DNA of 55,076 bases, taken from Polaribacter sp. (GTDB lineage Bacteria > Bacteroidota > Bacteroidia > Flavobacteriales > Flavobacteriaceae). The position numbers and the translations under genes were made by a program. The DNA is taken from NCBI GenBank assembly GCA_020631275.1, contig JAHDHO010000001.1, positions 10,160-65,235 on the forward strand, in the 5' to 3' direction. Of the stretch, positions 38,163 to 47,678 are shown in pieces (position 1 is the stretch's first letter; each line of letters begins with the position of its first letter). The notes beneath the pieces are model-generated. The model saw nothing but the letters and a program-made list of their open reading frames with translations, was not told the DNA's origin and made no database searches.

Positions 38163-40020
38163 GTAATGCAGTTTTATCAATATTAAAAAATCCTAAGAAA
38201 AAGAAAAGTACAATTAAAGTAACAACATGTGTTATACTTAATGAAACATCATTTAAAATATCGTAAGAAATTTTAAAAATAGCCAAAGAGGTAACTATTA
38301 AAATTGCTTTACTTTCTTTATTAATTGCTTTAAAAACAAAGAATAAAGAAAAGAACAACACCAAAATACAACCAATAAAATTTAACCATAAATAGCTAAT
38401 AATTGGTTCTAAACCAGCAGACTCTAATTGATAAATTCCGAAATAATAAATAGAACAAATTAAAATCTGAGTAATTACTGCGGATTTAAACACAGCGTTT
38501 CCGTTTACTTTTTTAAAGAAAAAAGCCAACAAGAAAATCCCTAGAACATTTCCGTAGAAAATAGAACCAATAATATTTACTAACTGTATTAAATTATCAA
38601 ATAAATTAGCAACACATGCAACAGATATGGCAATTAAACCCCAAGCAAGTGTAAACCATTTCGATGCTTTTACATAATGTTCTTCGCTTTTATTTTTACT
38701 CACGTTTCTTTTGTACAAGTCGATAGTTGTTGTACTAGCCAGCGCATTTAGTTCTGATGCTGTAGAAGACATAGCTGCAGATAAAATTACCGCCAATAAA
38801 AGCCCTATTAAACCTCTTGGTAAATTGTTTAATATAAAATGGATAAATACATAATCTTTATCGTTGGTTTCTATTTGATTATTAATCTTCTTAATAACAT
38901 TTTTTGATGAAGCTTTTAGTGCTAAATCTCTTGCATTTAAAGATTGAATTTGCTCTTTTTCATCAACCTGAAAACCATCTGCAAAAATTATTTTTTTACT
39001 ATTTTCTATTGCTATGTGTTCGTTTTCTAACGCTTTGTATTCTTGTTGATACTTAGAATTTGTTACAGCGTCATTAACATTAGGATTAAAATTTAATGGC
39101 GATGGGTTAAATTGATAAAAAACAAAAACCATTACACCAATTAACAATATAAAAAACTGCATTGGCACTTTTAACAATCCGTTAAAAATTAAACCTAACT
39201 GACTTTCTCTAATCGATTTACCCGACAAATAACGTTGTACCTGGCTTTGATCTGTACCAAAATAAGAAAGCATTAAAAATGTTCCACCTAAAATTCCAGT
39301 CCAAATAGTATAACGATTACTTAGATCCGAAGAAAAATCTAAAACCTGCATTTTATTGCTTGCGCCGGCAATTTCTAACGCATTTGTAAATGTAATATTT
39401 GCAGGTAACTGACTCATAATCATAAAAAATGCAATTAACATTCCTATAAAAATGATAATCATTTGTTGTTTTTGCGTAACATTTACAGCTTTTGTACCAC
39501 CAGAAACGGTATAAATTATTACTAAAAATCCTATAATTATGTTTAAGGTTAATAAATTCCAACCTAAAACAGCGCTTAAAATAATTGCTGGTGCAAAAAT
39601 GGTAATTCCTGCTGCTAAACCTCGCTGAATTAAAAATAAAATAGAAGCTAAACTTCTAGTTTTTAAATCGAATCTACCTTCTAAAAATTCGTAAGCTGTA
39701 TATACTTTTAGTTTATGATATATTGGTATAAAAACCAAGCATATAATAATCATGGCAATTGGCAAACCAAAGTAAAATTGCACAAAACCCATTCCGCTAT
39801 GAAAAGCTTGCCCTGGCGTAGATAAGAAGGTAATTGCGCTAGCTTGTGTTGCCATTACAGACAAACCTATTGTCCACCATTTTGTATCATTTCCTCCTTT
39901 AATGTAGTCGGTTACATTTGCGTTTTTTCTTGTAACATAGGTACCGTAAGCAACAATAGAAATTAAAGTTACAGATAAAACAATCCAATCTATGGCGTGT
40001 AATTTACTTTCAATATCCAT
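38152..40020 (-). CDS. sodium:solute symporter (SSS)
   Basis: SVMATQASAITF, YEFLEGRFD, GTDQSQVQRYL, SAAMSS; many TMs. Confidence 0.95.
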   Translation of the reverse strand: MDIESKLHAIDWIVLSVTLISIVAYGTYVTRKNANVTDYIKGGNDTKWWTIGLSVMATQASAITFLSTPGQAFHSGMGFVQFYFGLPIAMIIICLVFIPIYHKLKVYTAYEFLEGRFDLKTRSLASILFLIQRGLAAGITIFAPAIILSAVLGWNLLTLNIIIGFLVIIYTVSGGTKAVNVTQKQQMIIIFIGMLIAFFMIMSQLPANITFTNALEIAGASNKMQVLDFSSDLSNRYTIWTGILGGTFLMLSYFGTDQSQVQRYLSGKSIRESQLGLIFNGLLKVPMQFFILLIGVMVFVFYQFNPSPLNFNPNVNDAVTNSKYQQEYKALENEHIAIENSKKIIFADGFQVDEKEQIQSLNARDLALKASSKNVIKKINNQIETNDKDYVFIHFILNNLPRGLIGLLLAVILSAAMSSTASELNALASTTTIDLYKRNVSKNKSEEHYVKASKWFTLAWGLIAISVACVANLFDNLIQLVNIIGSIFYGNVLGIFLLAFFFKKVNGNAVFKSAVITQILICSIYYFGIYQLESAGLEPIISYLWLNFIGCILVLFFSLFFVFKAINKESKAILIVTSLAIFKISYDILNDVSLSITHVVTLIVLFFFLGFFNIDKTALHEK

Positions 40021-40023
40021 AAA

Positions 40024-40131
40024 CTAAATTGTAAAATAATTAGTAATAAAATAAAATGCAATTATGTAAATAACATTGGCAATTAACACCAACGAATATT
40101 CTTTTTTCCAGGTATGTTTTTTTTGTTTCAT
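40024..40131 (-). CDS. unannotated 35-aa single-TM peptide, probable SSS small partner
   Basis: ATG 40131 to TAG 40024: MKQKKHTWKKEYSLVLIANVIYIIAFYFITNYFTI; stop is 3 nt before the SSS ATG. Confidence 0.8.
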   Translation of the reverse strand: MKQKKHTWKKEYSLVLIANVIYIIAFYFITNYFTI

Positions 40132-40154
40132 TCTTATTTTTATTGAAGCAATTT

Positions 40155-40219
40155 CCTGCTTTCGCTACTCGCTGTTTCGTACCTCAACGAGCTTAAACAA
40201 ACCGCTCAATCAGGGCTAA
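40155..40219 (-). ncRNA. Flavo-1-like structured RNA / Flavobacteria intergenic element
   Basis: Minus strand TTAGCCCTGATTGAGCGG...GCTCG...CGAGTAGCGAAAGCAGG. GC-rich island with CCTG/CAGG and CTCG/CGAG pairings, just 3' of the PIG-L gene. Ends resemble the Flavo-1 motif as I recall it. Confidence 0.6.
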
Positions 40220-40236
40220 ACTTGTTTGCATTTTTT

Positions 40237-42756
40237 TTAATGCTTAATTGTCTTTTTTACTTCTAAGTTACTTTTACCAACCGAAAGTAAATTTGAGAAC
40301 AATTTATATGCCCCAGAAACACCTGCTGGTAATTCTCTAAAGAAACTTAAACCTGTATAAATGTAATTTCCTTTACCATACTTTGCAATTAGTAAACTTC
40401 CTTTTTTTGGTGTTTCACCTTTATCTTGCATCGATAAAATTGGTGTAAATTCTTCACCCCAAGAATTCGGAAAATACAAACCTCGTTCTTGTACCCAACC
40501 TTTAAAGTCGTTTTGAGTAATTTTATTAGGAAAATTTAAAAGTGGGTGTTCTTTTTCTAAAACAGTTACTTTTGCAAACTCATCTGTAACTCTATCTCTA
40601 GATAGATTTAATTTAAAAGGAGCTGCAACATCCACATTTCTATTGGTATTATACTGCACTATCATATTACCTCCTTTTTCTACATAATCTAATAAAAATT
40701 TTTGCTTAAATTTTAATTCTTTTACAACATTATATGCTCTAATACCTAAAACAATTGCATCGAATTTATGTAAATTTTTATCATTAATTTCTAAAGGATT
40801 TATCATAATAACATTGTAGCCTATTTGCCTTAAACTTTCTGGCACAACATCTCCGGCTCCTTTTATATAGCCAATATAATTGCCGGCTTTTTTAATATTT
40901 AATCGTACAATTTTTGCTTCAGAATTTAATAAAACACTTTGCTTTGGTATGTGGTTGTAATTAATTTCTACCAATTCTTTGTCAAATACTTTTCCGTTAG
41001 AAATGGCAACAACTTTTAATTTTCCTTCCGCTTGATTTTTTGGAGGTGTAACCTTAAAAGTAAATGCATTTTTATCATTTTTTTGATTGACTGCAAAATC
41101 AATATATTTTGGTAAAACCGTCCAGTTTAAAGGCACTTCTAAACGCAGTTTTCCTTTTACATTATTAGCTCCTGCTCTAACCTCTACAACAATATCTTTG
41201 GCATCATCATCAGAAAAAATTAGGACTTTATCTTTTAACTTCGTTGTAATTCTTGGTAAAATTTCAAAAGGCTCGTAAATCTCCCCTTTGTCTCTTTCTG
41301 CATATCTTCTTACAACATTTTTTGTGAAAATTATCGGGTTGCCGTCAATTATTAGATTAAACGATACTTTTGTTTCTCTTGGCGTTTCTGGCTTACCAAT
41401 TAAACTTTGATTATCTACAGAATACATACCTAAAGCTGCATCTTTTCTTAACCAATAAGGATCTGAGTATGTATTTGTTTTTAAAGTAATTGTCTCTTTA
41501 AAATTAACTTTTTTATTAGTTGCTAACTCTATCTGTTTTTTAACTTTTTTATTATCTATAGTAGAAGTAACAGACTCTAATTCTATTGAAAGATTACTTC
41601 TGTTTAATGCTTCGAAACTTAAATTAATTACGCTATTTGGTGTGGCAGAAGAGCTTTCTGCAGAAGCTTCTAGATACAAACCTGCACATGCTTCTATTAT
41701 TTCTTTTATTTGTTTTTTCTTAATTGCCCTCCAATGATTATCAGTTAACTTATCTATTAAAGCATAAGCTTCCATTAGTTTAGGTAAATGTATTTCTGGT
41801 TTCACAAAATCAAAATTTTCTTCAATTTCATATAAAATCTCGCCTATTTCACCTCCTTTATTTAAACGATTCCAAGTTGTGTTAATTCCTGAAAAAATAT
41901 CGTTTTGATCTTTTAGTTTATCACCTTTTAAAAATTCGACATACTCTTTTTGAGAACCTCTTGTTGTTAATCTACCAAAACCTTGACATAAATGTTGGCT
42001 ACTAGCCAAAGAGGCCAATTCGTTATTAGACATCCCTTTTAAAGGATAATAAGTACCTACATCAAAAGACGTTAATTTACCTTCTGTTGCATTTTTAAAA
42101 TCTTTTTCATTTTTATAAAACCAAGAAGATGTGTTAAAAAACAAGCGTTTCGGTTGCCAAGTTTCTGTGTATTTTAATTGGTTTTTATAGACAGAATTAT
42201 CTGCGGCTAAATCAAAAGCCTCTACACTTAACATTGCAGAAGTTGTATGATGCCCATGTGTTGTACCAGGCGTTCTGTGATTAAATCTATTAATTATTAC
42301 GTCTGGTTTAAAATTTCTAATTGCCCAAACAACATCACTTAAAACCAATTCTTTGTTCCAGATTTCTAGTGTTTCATCTGGATGTTTAGAGTAACCAAAA
42401 TCGTTAGCTCTTGTAAACATCTGCTCTCCTCCATCTACATTTCTAGCGGCTAATAATTCTTGTGTTCTAATTACACCTAATAATTCTCTTATTTCTGGAC
42501 CAATTAAATTTTGTCCTCCATCTCCTCTTGTTAACGATAAATAACCTGTTCTTGCTTTTACATTATTTGCTAAATAAGCAATAAGGCGCGTGTTTTCATC
42601 ATCTGGATGCGCTGCAATATATAAAGCAGTTCCTAAGAAATTTAATTTTTCAATCTTTTCAAAAATTTGATTCGAAGTTAATTTTGAAGGTTTTTGGGCA
42701 AAAATTGAAATCGAAATTAATAGAAATGCTAATGATGTAGGTAAAAATTTATTCAT
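40237..42756 (-). CDS. secreted PIG-L/LmbE family deacetylase with Ig-like and C-terminal GATase-like domains
   Basis: Signal IFA-Q; AAHPDDE, TRGDGG, RTQELLAAR, DFGYSK, HGHH; GWVQERGLYF; -7 TACTTTTG at 42780-42787. Confidence 0.92.
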   Translation of the reverse strand: MNKFLPTSLAFLLISISIFAQKPSKLTSNQIFEKIEKLNFLGTALYIAAHPDDENTRLIAYLANNVKARTGYLSLTRGDGGQNLIGPEIRELLGVIRTQELLAARNVDGGEQMFTRANDFGYSKHPDETLEIWNKELVLSDVVWAIRNFKPDVIINRFNHRTPGTTHGHHTTSAMLSVEAFDLAADNSVYKNQLKYTETWQPKRLFFNTSSWFYKNEKDFKNATEGKLTSFDVGTYYPLKGMSNNELASLASSQHLCQGFGRLTTRGSQKEYVEFLKGDKLKDQNDIFSGINTTWNRLNKGGEIGEILYEIEENFDFVKPEIHLPKLMEAYALIDKLTDNHWRAIKKKQIKEIIEACAGLYLEASAESSSATPNSVINLSFEALNRSNLSIELESVTSTIDNKKVKKQIELATNKKVNFKETITLKTNTYSDPYWLRKDAALGMYSVDNQSLIGKPETPRETKVSFNLIIDGNPIIFTKNVVRRYAERDKGEIYEPFEILPRITTKLKDKVLIFSDDDAKDIVVEVRAGANNVKGKLRLEVPLNWTVLPKYIDFAVNQKNDKNAFTFKVTPPKNQAEGKLKVVAISNGKVFDKELVEINYNHIPKQSVLLNSEAKIVRLNIKKAGNYIGYIKGAGDVVPESLRQIGYNVIMINPLEINDKNLHKFDAIVLGIRAYNVVKELKFKQKFLLDYVEKGGNMIVQYNTNRNVDVAAPFKLNLSRDRVTDEFAKVTVLEKEHPLLNFPNKITQNDFKGWVQERGLYFPNSWGEEFTPILSMQDKGETPKKGSLLIAKYGKGNYIYTGLSFFRELPAGVSGAYKLFSNLLSVGKSNLEVKKTIKH

Positions 42757-42864
42757 ATTTATATGATTGATCAATGTAACAAAAGTAGTTTTTTCTAAAT
42801 CAAATTAAATTTTGTTAACATAATTATAACGTTTCAAAAATCATCAATAAAAATACTAATAACC

Positions 42865-42909
42865 TGTTAATAAAATAATTTTTAAAGTCACATATTTAGA
42901 ATATATTTG
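42865..42909 (+). promoter_or_regulatory. dnaN promoter: DnaA-box-like site plus -7 element
   Basis: TGTTAATAA (42865-42873, 2 mismatches to TGTGGATAA); TATATTTG (42902-42909). Confidence 0.4.
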
Positions 42910-42935
42910 TAAATCAAATTAAGAAAACACATTAC

Positions 42936-44054
42936 ATGAAATTTATTGTATCTAGTTCGCAATTATTAAAACAATTGCAAGTTTTAGGAGGCGTTATAAA
43001 TAGTAATAATACTTTACCAATTTTAGATAACTTTTTATTTGAATTATCTGAGAATGAACTTAAAGTTTCTGCATCAGATTTAGAAACAACAATGAGCTCT
43101 GTGGTAGAAGTAGAAAGTGAAAGTTCTGGTTCTATTGCTGTATCTGCTCGTTTATTATTAGATACTTTAAAAACTTTTCCTAATCAACCTTTAACATTTA
43201 AAACAGAAGGTGATAATACAATTGAGATAAGTTCTGACCAAGGTAAATATGACATGGCTTATTTTGGTGGAGACGAGTTTCCGAAAGCGGTTTCTTTACC
43301 ATCGCCTAGTAAAACAGTTGTTCCTGCAAGTATTTTAGGTACTGCTATTTCTAAGACAATTTTTGCTGCTGGTAACGACGATTTAAGACCTGTAATGAGC
43401 GGAGTTTTCTTTCAGTTTAGCTCTCAGAGTTTAACTTTTGTTGCAACAGATGCACATAAATTAGTAAAATATTCTAGAACAGATGTTACTGCAGATCAAA
43501 CAGCAGAATTTATCATGCCAAAAAAACCTTTAAATCTATTAAAAGGAATTTTAGGAGGATCTGAAAGTGAAGTAACTATTGAATACAATGATGCAAACGC
43601 TAAATTTACGTTTGATAACGTAGTTTTAGTTTGTAGATTAATTGATGGTAAATATCCTAATTACGAAGCGGTAATTCCTAAAGAAAATCCGAATAAATTA
43701 ACAGTAGATAGAGCTTCTTTTTTAAACTCTGTTAAACGTGTTTCTATTTTTTCTAGTAAAACTACGCATCAAATTCGTTTAAAAATGGCCGGAACAGAAT
43801 TAAATATTTCTGCAGAAGATCTAGATTTTGCAAACAAAGCAGACGAACGTTTAAATTGTGATTACCAAGGTGATGATATGCAAATTGGTTTTAACTCTCG
43901 TTTTTTAAGTGAAATGTTAAACAACTTAAGTTCTAACGAAGTATTAATTGAAATGTCTTTACCTAACAGAGCAGGAATTTTAACACCTATTGATGGAACA
44001 GATGAAGGTGAACAAGTTACAATGCTAGTAATGCCAGTAATGCTTAATAGTTAG
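42936..44054 (+). CDS. dnaN: DNA polymerase III beta clamp
   Basis: LPILDNFL, ASDLE, RPVMSGV, VATDAHKL, RLIDGKYPNY, IGFNSRFL, LVMPV. Confidence 0.98.
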   Translation: MKFIVSSSQLLKQLQVLGGVINSNNTLPILDNFLFELSENELKVSASDLETTMSSVVEVESESSGSIAVSARLLLDTLKTFPNQPLTFKTEGDNTIEISSDQGKYDMAYFGGDEFPKAVSLPSPSKTVVPASILGTAISKTIFAAGNDDLRPVMSGVFFQFSSQSLTFVATDAHKLVKYSRTDVTADQTAEFIMPKKPLNLLKGILGGSESEVTIEYNDANAKFTFDNVVLVCRLIDGKYPNYEAVIPKENPNKLTVDRASFLNSVKRVSIFSSKTTHQIRLKMAGTELNISAEDLDFANKADERLNCDYQGDDMQIGFNSRFLSEMLNNLSSNEVLIEMSLPNRAGILTPIDGTDEGEQVTMLVMPVMLNS

Positions 44055-44078
44055 TAAAAACTTACTTTATAATATATT

Positions 44079-44109
44079 AAAACCACAACTAAATAGTTGT
44101 GGTTTTTTT
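44079..44109 (+). terminator. intrinsic terminator after dnaN
   Basis: AAAACCACAACTA-aa-TAGTTGTGGTTTTTTT. Confidence 0.88.
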
Positions 44110-44124
44110 GTTTACTTTTAAAAA

Positions 44125-44718
44125 ATGAATTTTCTAGCACACCTCTACTTATCTCAAAACAATAAAAATATTATGATTGGTAATTTTATTGCAGATCATA
44201 TTCGCGGTAATAATTACAAAGAGTTCTCTATAGAAATTCAGCAAGGTATTTTTTTGCATAGAGAAATAGACACATTTACAGATGCACATGAAATTGTTAG
44301 AAAAAGTAAGAGAAGATTACACCCTAGATATAGACATTATAGCGGCGTAATAATTGATATTTTTTATGATTATTTCTTAGCTAAAAATTGGAATAATTAC
44401 TCTGAAATTCCTTTAGATATTTACACTAAGTCTATCTATCAATTATTTAATGAAATTAAAGACGAACTGCCTGTAAAATCTCAAAACTTTATAAAATATA
44501 TGATTGAATATGATATTTTATTCAATTACAACAATAAAGCAGGTATTGCAAAGGTTTTAAACGGAATGAACACCAGAACCAAAGGCTTATCTCAAATGAA
44601 TTTAGCTATTGAAGATTTAGAAGTATTAGAAAATGAACTACAAGAGGATTTTACCTTGTTTTTTAAAGATTTAATAGCATTTACAAATATCAAATTAAAA
44701 GAAATTAAAGCAATCTAA
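44125..44718 (+). CDS. acpH: ACP phosphodiesterase
   Basis: MNFLAHLYLS, GNFIAD, GIFLHREIDTFTDAH, DIFYDYFLA. Confidence 0.9.
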   Translation: MNFLAHLYLSQNNKNIMIGNFIADHIRGNNYKEFSIEIQQGIFLHREIDTFTDAHEIVRKSKRRLHPRYRHYSGVIIDIFYDYFLAKNWNNYSEIPLDIYTKSIYQLFNEIKDELPVKSQNFIKYMIEYDILFNYNNKAGIAKVLNGMNTRTKGLSQMNLAIEDLEVLENELQEDFTLFFKDLIAFTNIKLKEIKAI

Positions 44719-46403
44719 TGAAAAGAAAATCCTTACTAATTATCACCTTTCTTATACTAATTATTAATGCTTGTAGCAAAGACAAAACTGTAGGTTTCAT
44801 TGCAGAAAAAGCAATGGTTGTTTCTGCAAGAGAAGAAGCTTCTAAAATTGGTGCTGCAATTTTACAAAAAGGCGGTAACGCATACGACGCTATGATTGCG
44901 ACACATTTAGCATTAGCAGTTGTGTATCCTGTTGCTGGCAATATTGGCGGTGGCGGCTTTATGGTTTATAGAAATTATGATGGCACAACAGGTGCCTTAG
45001 ATTTTAGAGAAAAAGCACCAATTACAGCACATCGAGACATGTATTTAGATTCTGTTGGTAACGTTATTAAAAACAAAAGTACTTTGGGTGCATTTGCTGT
45101 TGGTGTTCCGGGTTCGATTGCCGGAGTTTTTGAGGTTTATAATAAATTTGGAAGTCTTCCTTTTAAAGAACTAATTCAACCAGCAATAGATTTAGCAAAA
45201 AACGGAATAACCGTAACAGAAAAACAAGCAAAATCTTTAAACAGCGCCACAGAAAGGTTTAAAAAAGTTAATAATTATGCTACCGTTTTTGAAAGTGAAT
45301 GGAAAAAAGGCGCCATTTTAAAACAAAATGAATTAGCACATACTTTAGAACGTATTCGTGATTTTGGTAAAGACGGATTTTACAAAGGTAAAACTGCCAA
45401 TTTATTTGTTGATTATATAAAAGAATTAGGCGGAATTATATCTCTTGAAGATTTAGAAAAATACAAAGCAATTTGGCGTAAACCAATCAGCTTTAATTAT
45501 AAAGATTTTAAAATTACTTCTATGACTTTGCCTGCTAGTGGCGGAATTTGTTTAGCACAAATTTTAAAGGCAATAGAACCTTATGACTTATCAAAAATAG
45601 AACATAATTCTACAAAATACATTCAACTTTTAACCGAAGCAGAAAGACGCTCTTATGCAGACAGAGCTAATTTTTTAGGTGATATAGATTTTGTAAATGT
45701 GCCAGTAGATAGCTTAACAAATGCTAAATACATCAACAAAAGAATGGAAAGTTTTTCTTGGGATAAAGCAACACCTTCTTCAGAAGTTTCTCATGGTAAA
45801 ATTCTAGGTTTTGAAAGCGATGAAACCACTCATTATTCTATTGTAGATCAATTCGGAAACGCTGTTTCTGTAACTACAACTCTAAATACTGGTTACGGTT
45901 CTAAAGTTGTGGTAAAAGGTGCCGGATTTATTTTAAATAATGAAATGGATGACTTTAGTAGCAAACCTGGCGTACCAAATGTTTATGGTTTAGTTGGTTC
46001 TAAAGCAAACTCTATTGCTCCAGAAAAAAGAATGCTAAGTTCTATGACACCAACTATCGTAGAAGAAAATGGTAAATTAAAAATGGTTGTTGGTACACCT
46101 GGGGGTTCTACAATAATTACTTCTGTTTTACAGAATATTTTAAATGTAACTGAGTATAAAATGGGTATGCAAGAATCTGTAGATCAACCTAGGTTTCATC
46201 ATCAATGGCTGCCAGATGTAGTTCGAATGGAACCGAACGGTTTTAATGAAGAAACAAAATCTAAATTAGAAACTTTAGGTTATAAAATTCTAGAGAGAAA
46301 CTCGTTAATAATTGGTAGAGTTGATGCGATTTTAGTTCTACCAAACGGAAAACTAGAAGCGGGTGCAGATAAGCGAGGTGATGATGCTGCAGCTGGATTT
46401 TAA
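44718..46403 (+). CDS. ggt: gamma-glutamyltransferase (lipoprotein)
   Basis: Lipobox NAC; GGNAYDA, DFREKAP, ETTHYS, NNEMDDF, RMLSSMTPT, GTPGGS. Confidence 0.97.
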   Translation: MKRKSLLIITFLILIINACSKDKTVGFIAEKAMVVSAREEASKIGAAILQKGGNAYDAMIATHLALAVVYPVAGNIGGGGFMVYRNYDGTTGALDFREKAPITAHRDMYLDSVGNVIKNKSTLGAFAVGVPGSIAGVFEVYNKFGSLPFKELIQPAIDLAKNGITVTEKQAKSLNSATERFKKVNNYATVFESEWKKGAILKQNELAHTLERIRDFGKDGFYKGKTANLFVDYIKELGGIISLEDLEKYKAIWRKPISFNYKDFKITSMTLPASGGICLAQILKAIEPYDLSKIEHNSTKYIQLLTEAERRSYADRANFLGDIDFVNVPVDSLTNAKYINKRMESFSWDKATPSSEVSHGKILGFESDETTHYSIVDQFGNAVSVTTTLNTGYGSKVVVKGAGFILNNEMDDFSSKPGVPNVYGLVGSKANSIAPEKRMLSSMTPTIVEENGKLKMVVGTPGGSTIITSVLQNILNVTEYKMGMQESVDQPRFHHQWLPDVVRMEPNGFNEETKSKLETLGYKILERNSLIIGRVDAILVLPNGKLEAGADKRGDDAAAGF

Positions 46404-46413
46404 ATATGTAACA

Positions 46414-47187
46414 ATGCAAAAAATTATATCCCTTTTTATAATAACTCTTTTTTTTACAAACTGTAAAAAAAATGAATTTTATATAACAAAAATTAAAGAG
46501 CCAAGTCCGAAATACCCAACTCTTTTTTATGAATTTCCACTTCTGAACGGATCAGAAGAAATTGCGAATAAAATTAATAGAGAAATTGCAAACGAACTTT
46601 TAGATATTAATTTAAACGATAAGTATAAGAGTATTTTTGAAAATGTTTGGGCAACCGAAAATAGACCTATGTCTAGGCTTTCATTTTTAAATTATAAAGT
46701 AAATACACTAAATCAGAATATATATTCTGTAACTTTTTATTCGGAAGGTTGTGGCGCCTACTGTGAAGAATTTGATATTTCTTATAATTTTAATTTAAGA
46801 AATGGAAACAAAATAACTTTAGATACAATTTTAACGTCAAAAGGTAAAAAAGAATTAATTAAAATATTATCTCATAAAAAAAGAAAGAAAATAGAAGATT
46901 ATATTGTTCATTTAGAAAATAAGAAAGCAACCATCGAAGACAAAGAAATAATTAATGAATCAATATGGCTTTATAAAGATTGTTTAAATAGTTTACCTTT
47001 TAAAACTTTAGATTATATCGACTTTAAAATTAAAAAAGATTCTATAATTTTAGAATCTGGTAGATGCTCTAATCATGCAATGAGAGCGTTAGATGACTTA
47101 GATAATTATTCGTATGCATTTCATATATCAGACATAGAAACATATTTAAACAAATACGGTCTTAACACATTAACTAATCAAAATTAA
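46414..47187 (+). CDS. hypothetical lipoprotein (RsiV/PdaC/DUF3298-like)
   Basis: Preferred ATG 46414; lipobox FTNC; [27 protein letters not shown]. Confidence 0.65.
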   Translation: MQKIISLFIITLFFTNCKKNEFYITKIKEPSPKYPTLFYEFPLLNGSEEIANKINREIANELLDINLNDKYKSIFENVWATENRPMSRLSFLNYKVNTLNQNIYSVTFYSEGCGAYCEEFDISYNFNLRNGNKITLDTILTSKGKKELIKILSHKKRKKIEDYIVHLENKKATIEDKEIINESIWLYKDCLNSLPFKTLDYIDFKIKKDSIILESGRCSNHAMRALDDLDNYSYAFHISDIETYLNKYGLNTLTNQN

Positions 47188-47191
47188 AAAA

Positions 47192-47608
47192 ATGACACAA
47201 CCATTCCATTTAGCTATTCCTGTTCAAAACTTAGAAAAATGCAGAACTTTTTATAGAGAAATTTTAAATTGTGAAGAAGGTAGAAGTACAGAAAATTGGG
47301 TAGATTTTAATTTCTTCGGACATCAATTAGTTATTCATCAAAAAGATGGTTTTAATCCAGAAAGAATTTCTAATCCTGTAGATGGTCATGATGTACCTGT
47401 TCCGCATTTCGGAGTGGTTTTATCTTGGGAAGATTGGCATGATTTATCAGAAAGATTAAAAAAACACAACACTAAATTTATTATTGAGCCTTGTATCCGT
47501 TTTAAAGGCAAAGTAGGCGAACAAGCAACGATGTTTTTTCAAGACCCAGAAAAAAATGCTTTAGAATTTAAAGCATTTAAAGATATGAACCAGTTATTTG
47601 CAAAGTAA
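47192..47608 (+). CDS. VOC/glyoxalase family protein
   Basis: [40 protein letters not shown]. Confidence 0.93.
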   Translation: MTQPFHLAIPVQNLEKCRTFYREILNCEEGRSTENWVDFNFFGHQLVIHQKDGFNPERISNPVDGHDVPVPHFGVVLSWEDWHDLSERLKKHNTKFIIEPCIRFKGKVGEQATMFFQDPEKNALEFKAFKDMNQLFAK

Positions 47609-47678
47609 GCACGTTTTTTTATGATTTATTTAAGTTTGAATTTCTGTATCTTTAATGATTCAATCAAACTTTATACTC

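Noticed and set aside
42774-42936. oriC next to dnaN
   Set aside because: Spacer under 200 nt, only one or two weak boxes, no dnaA nearby.
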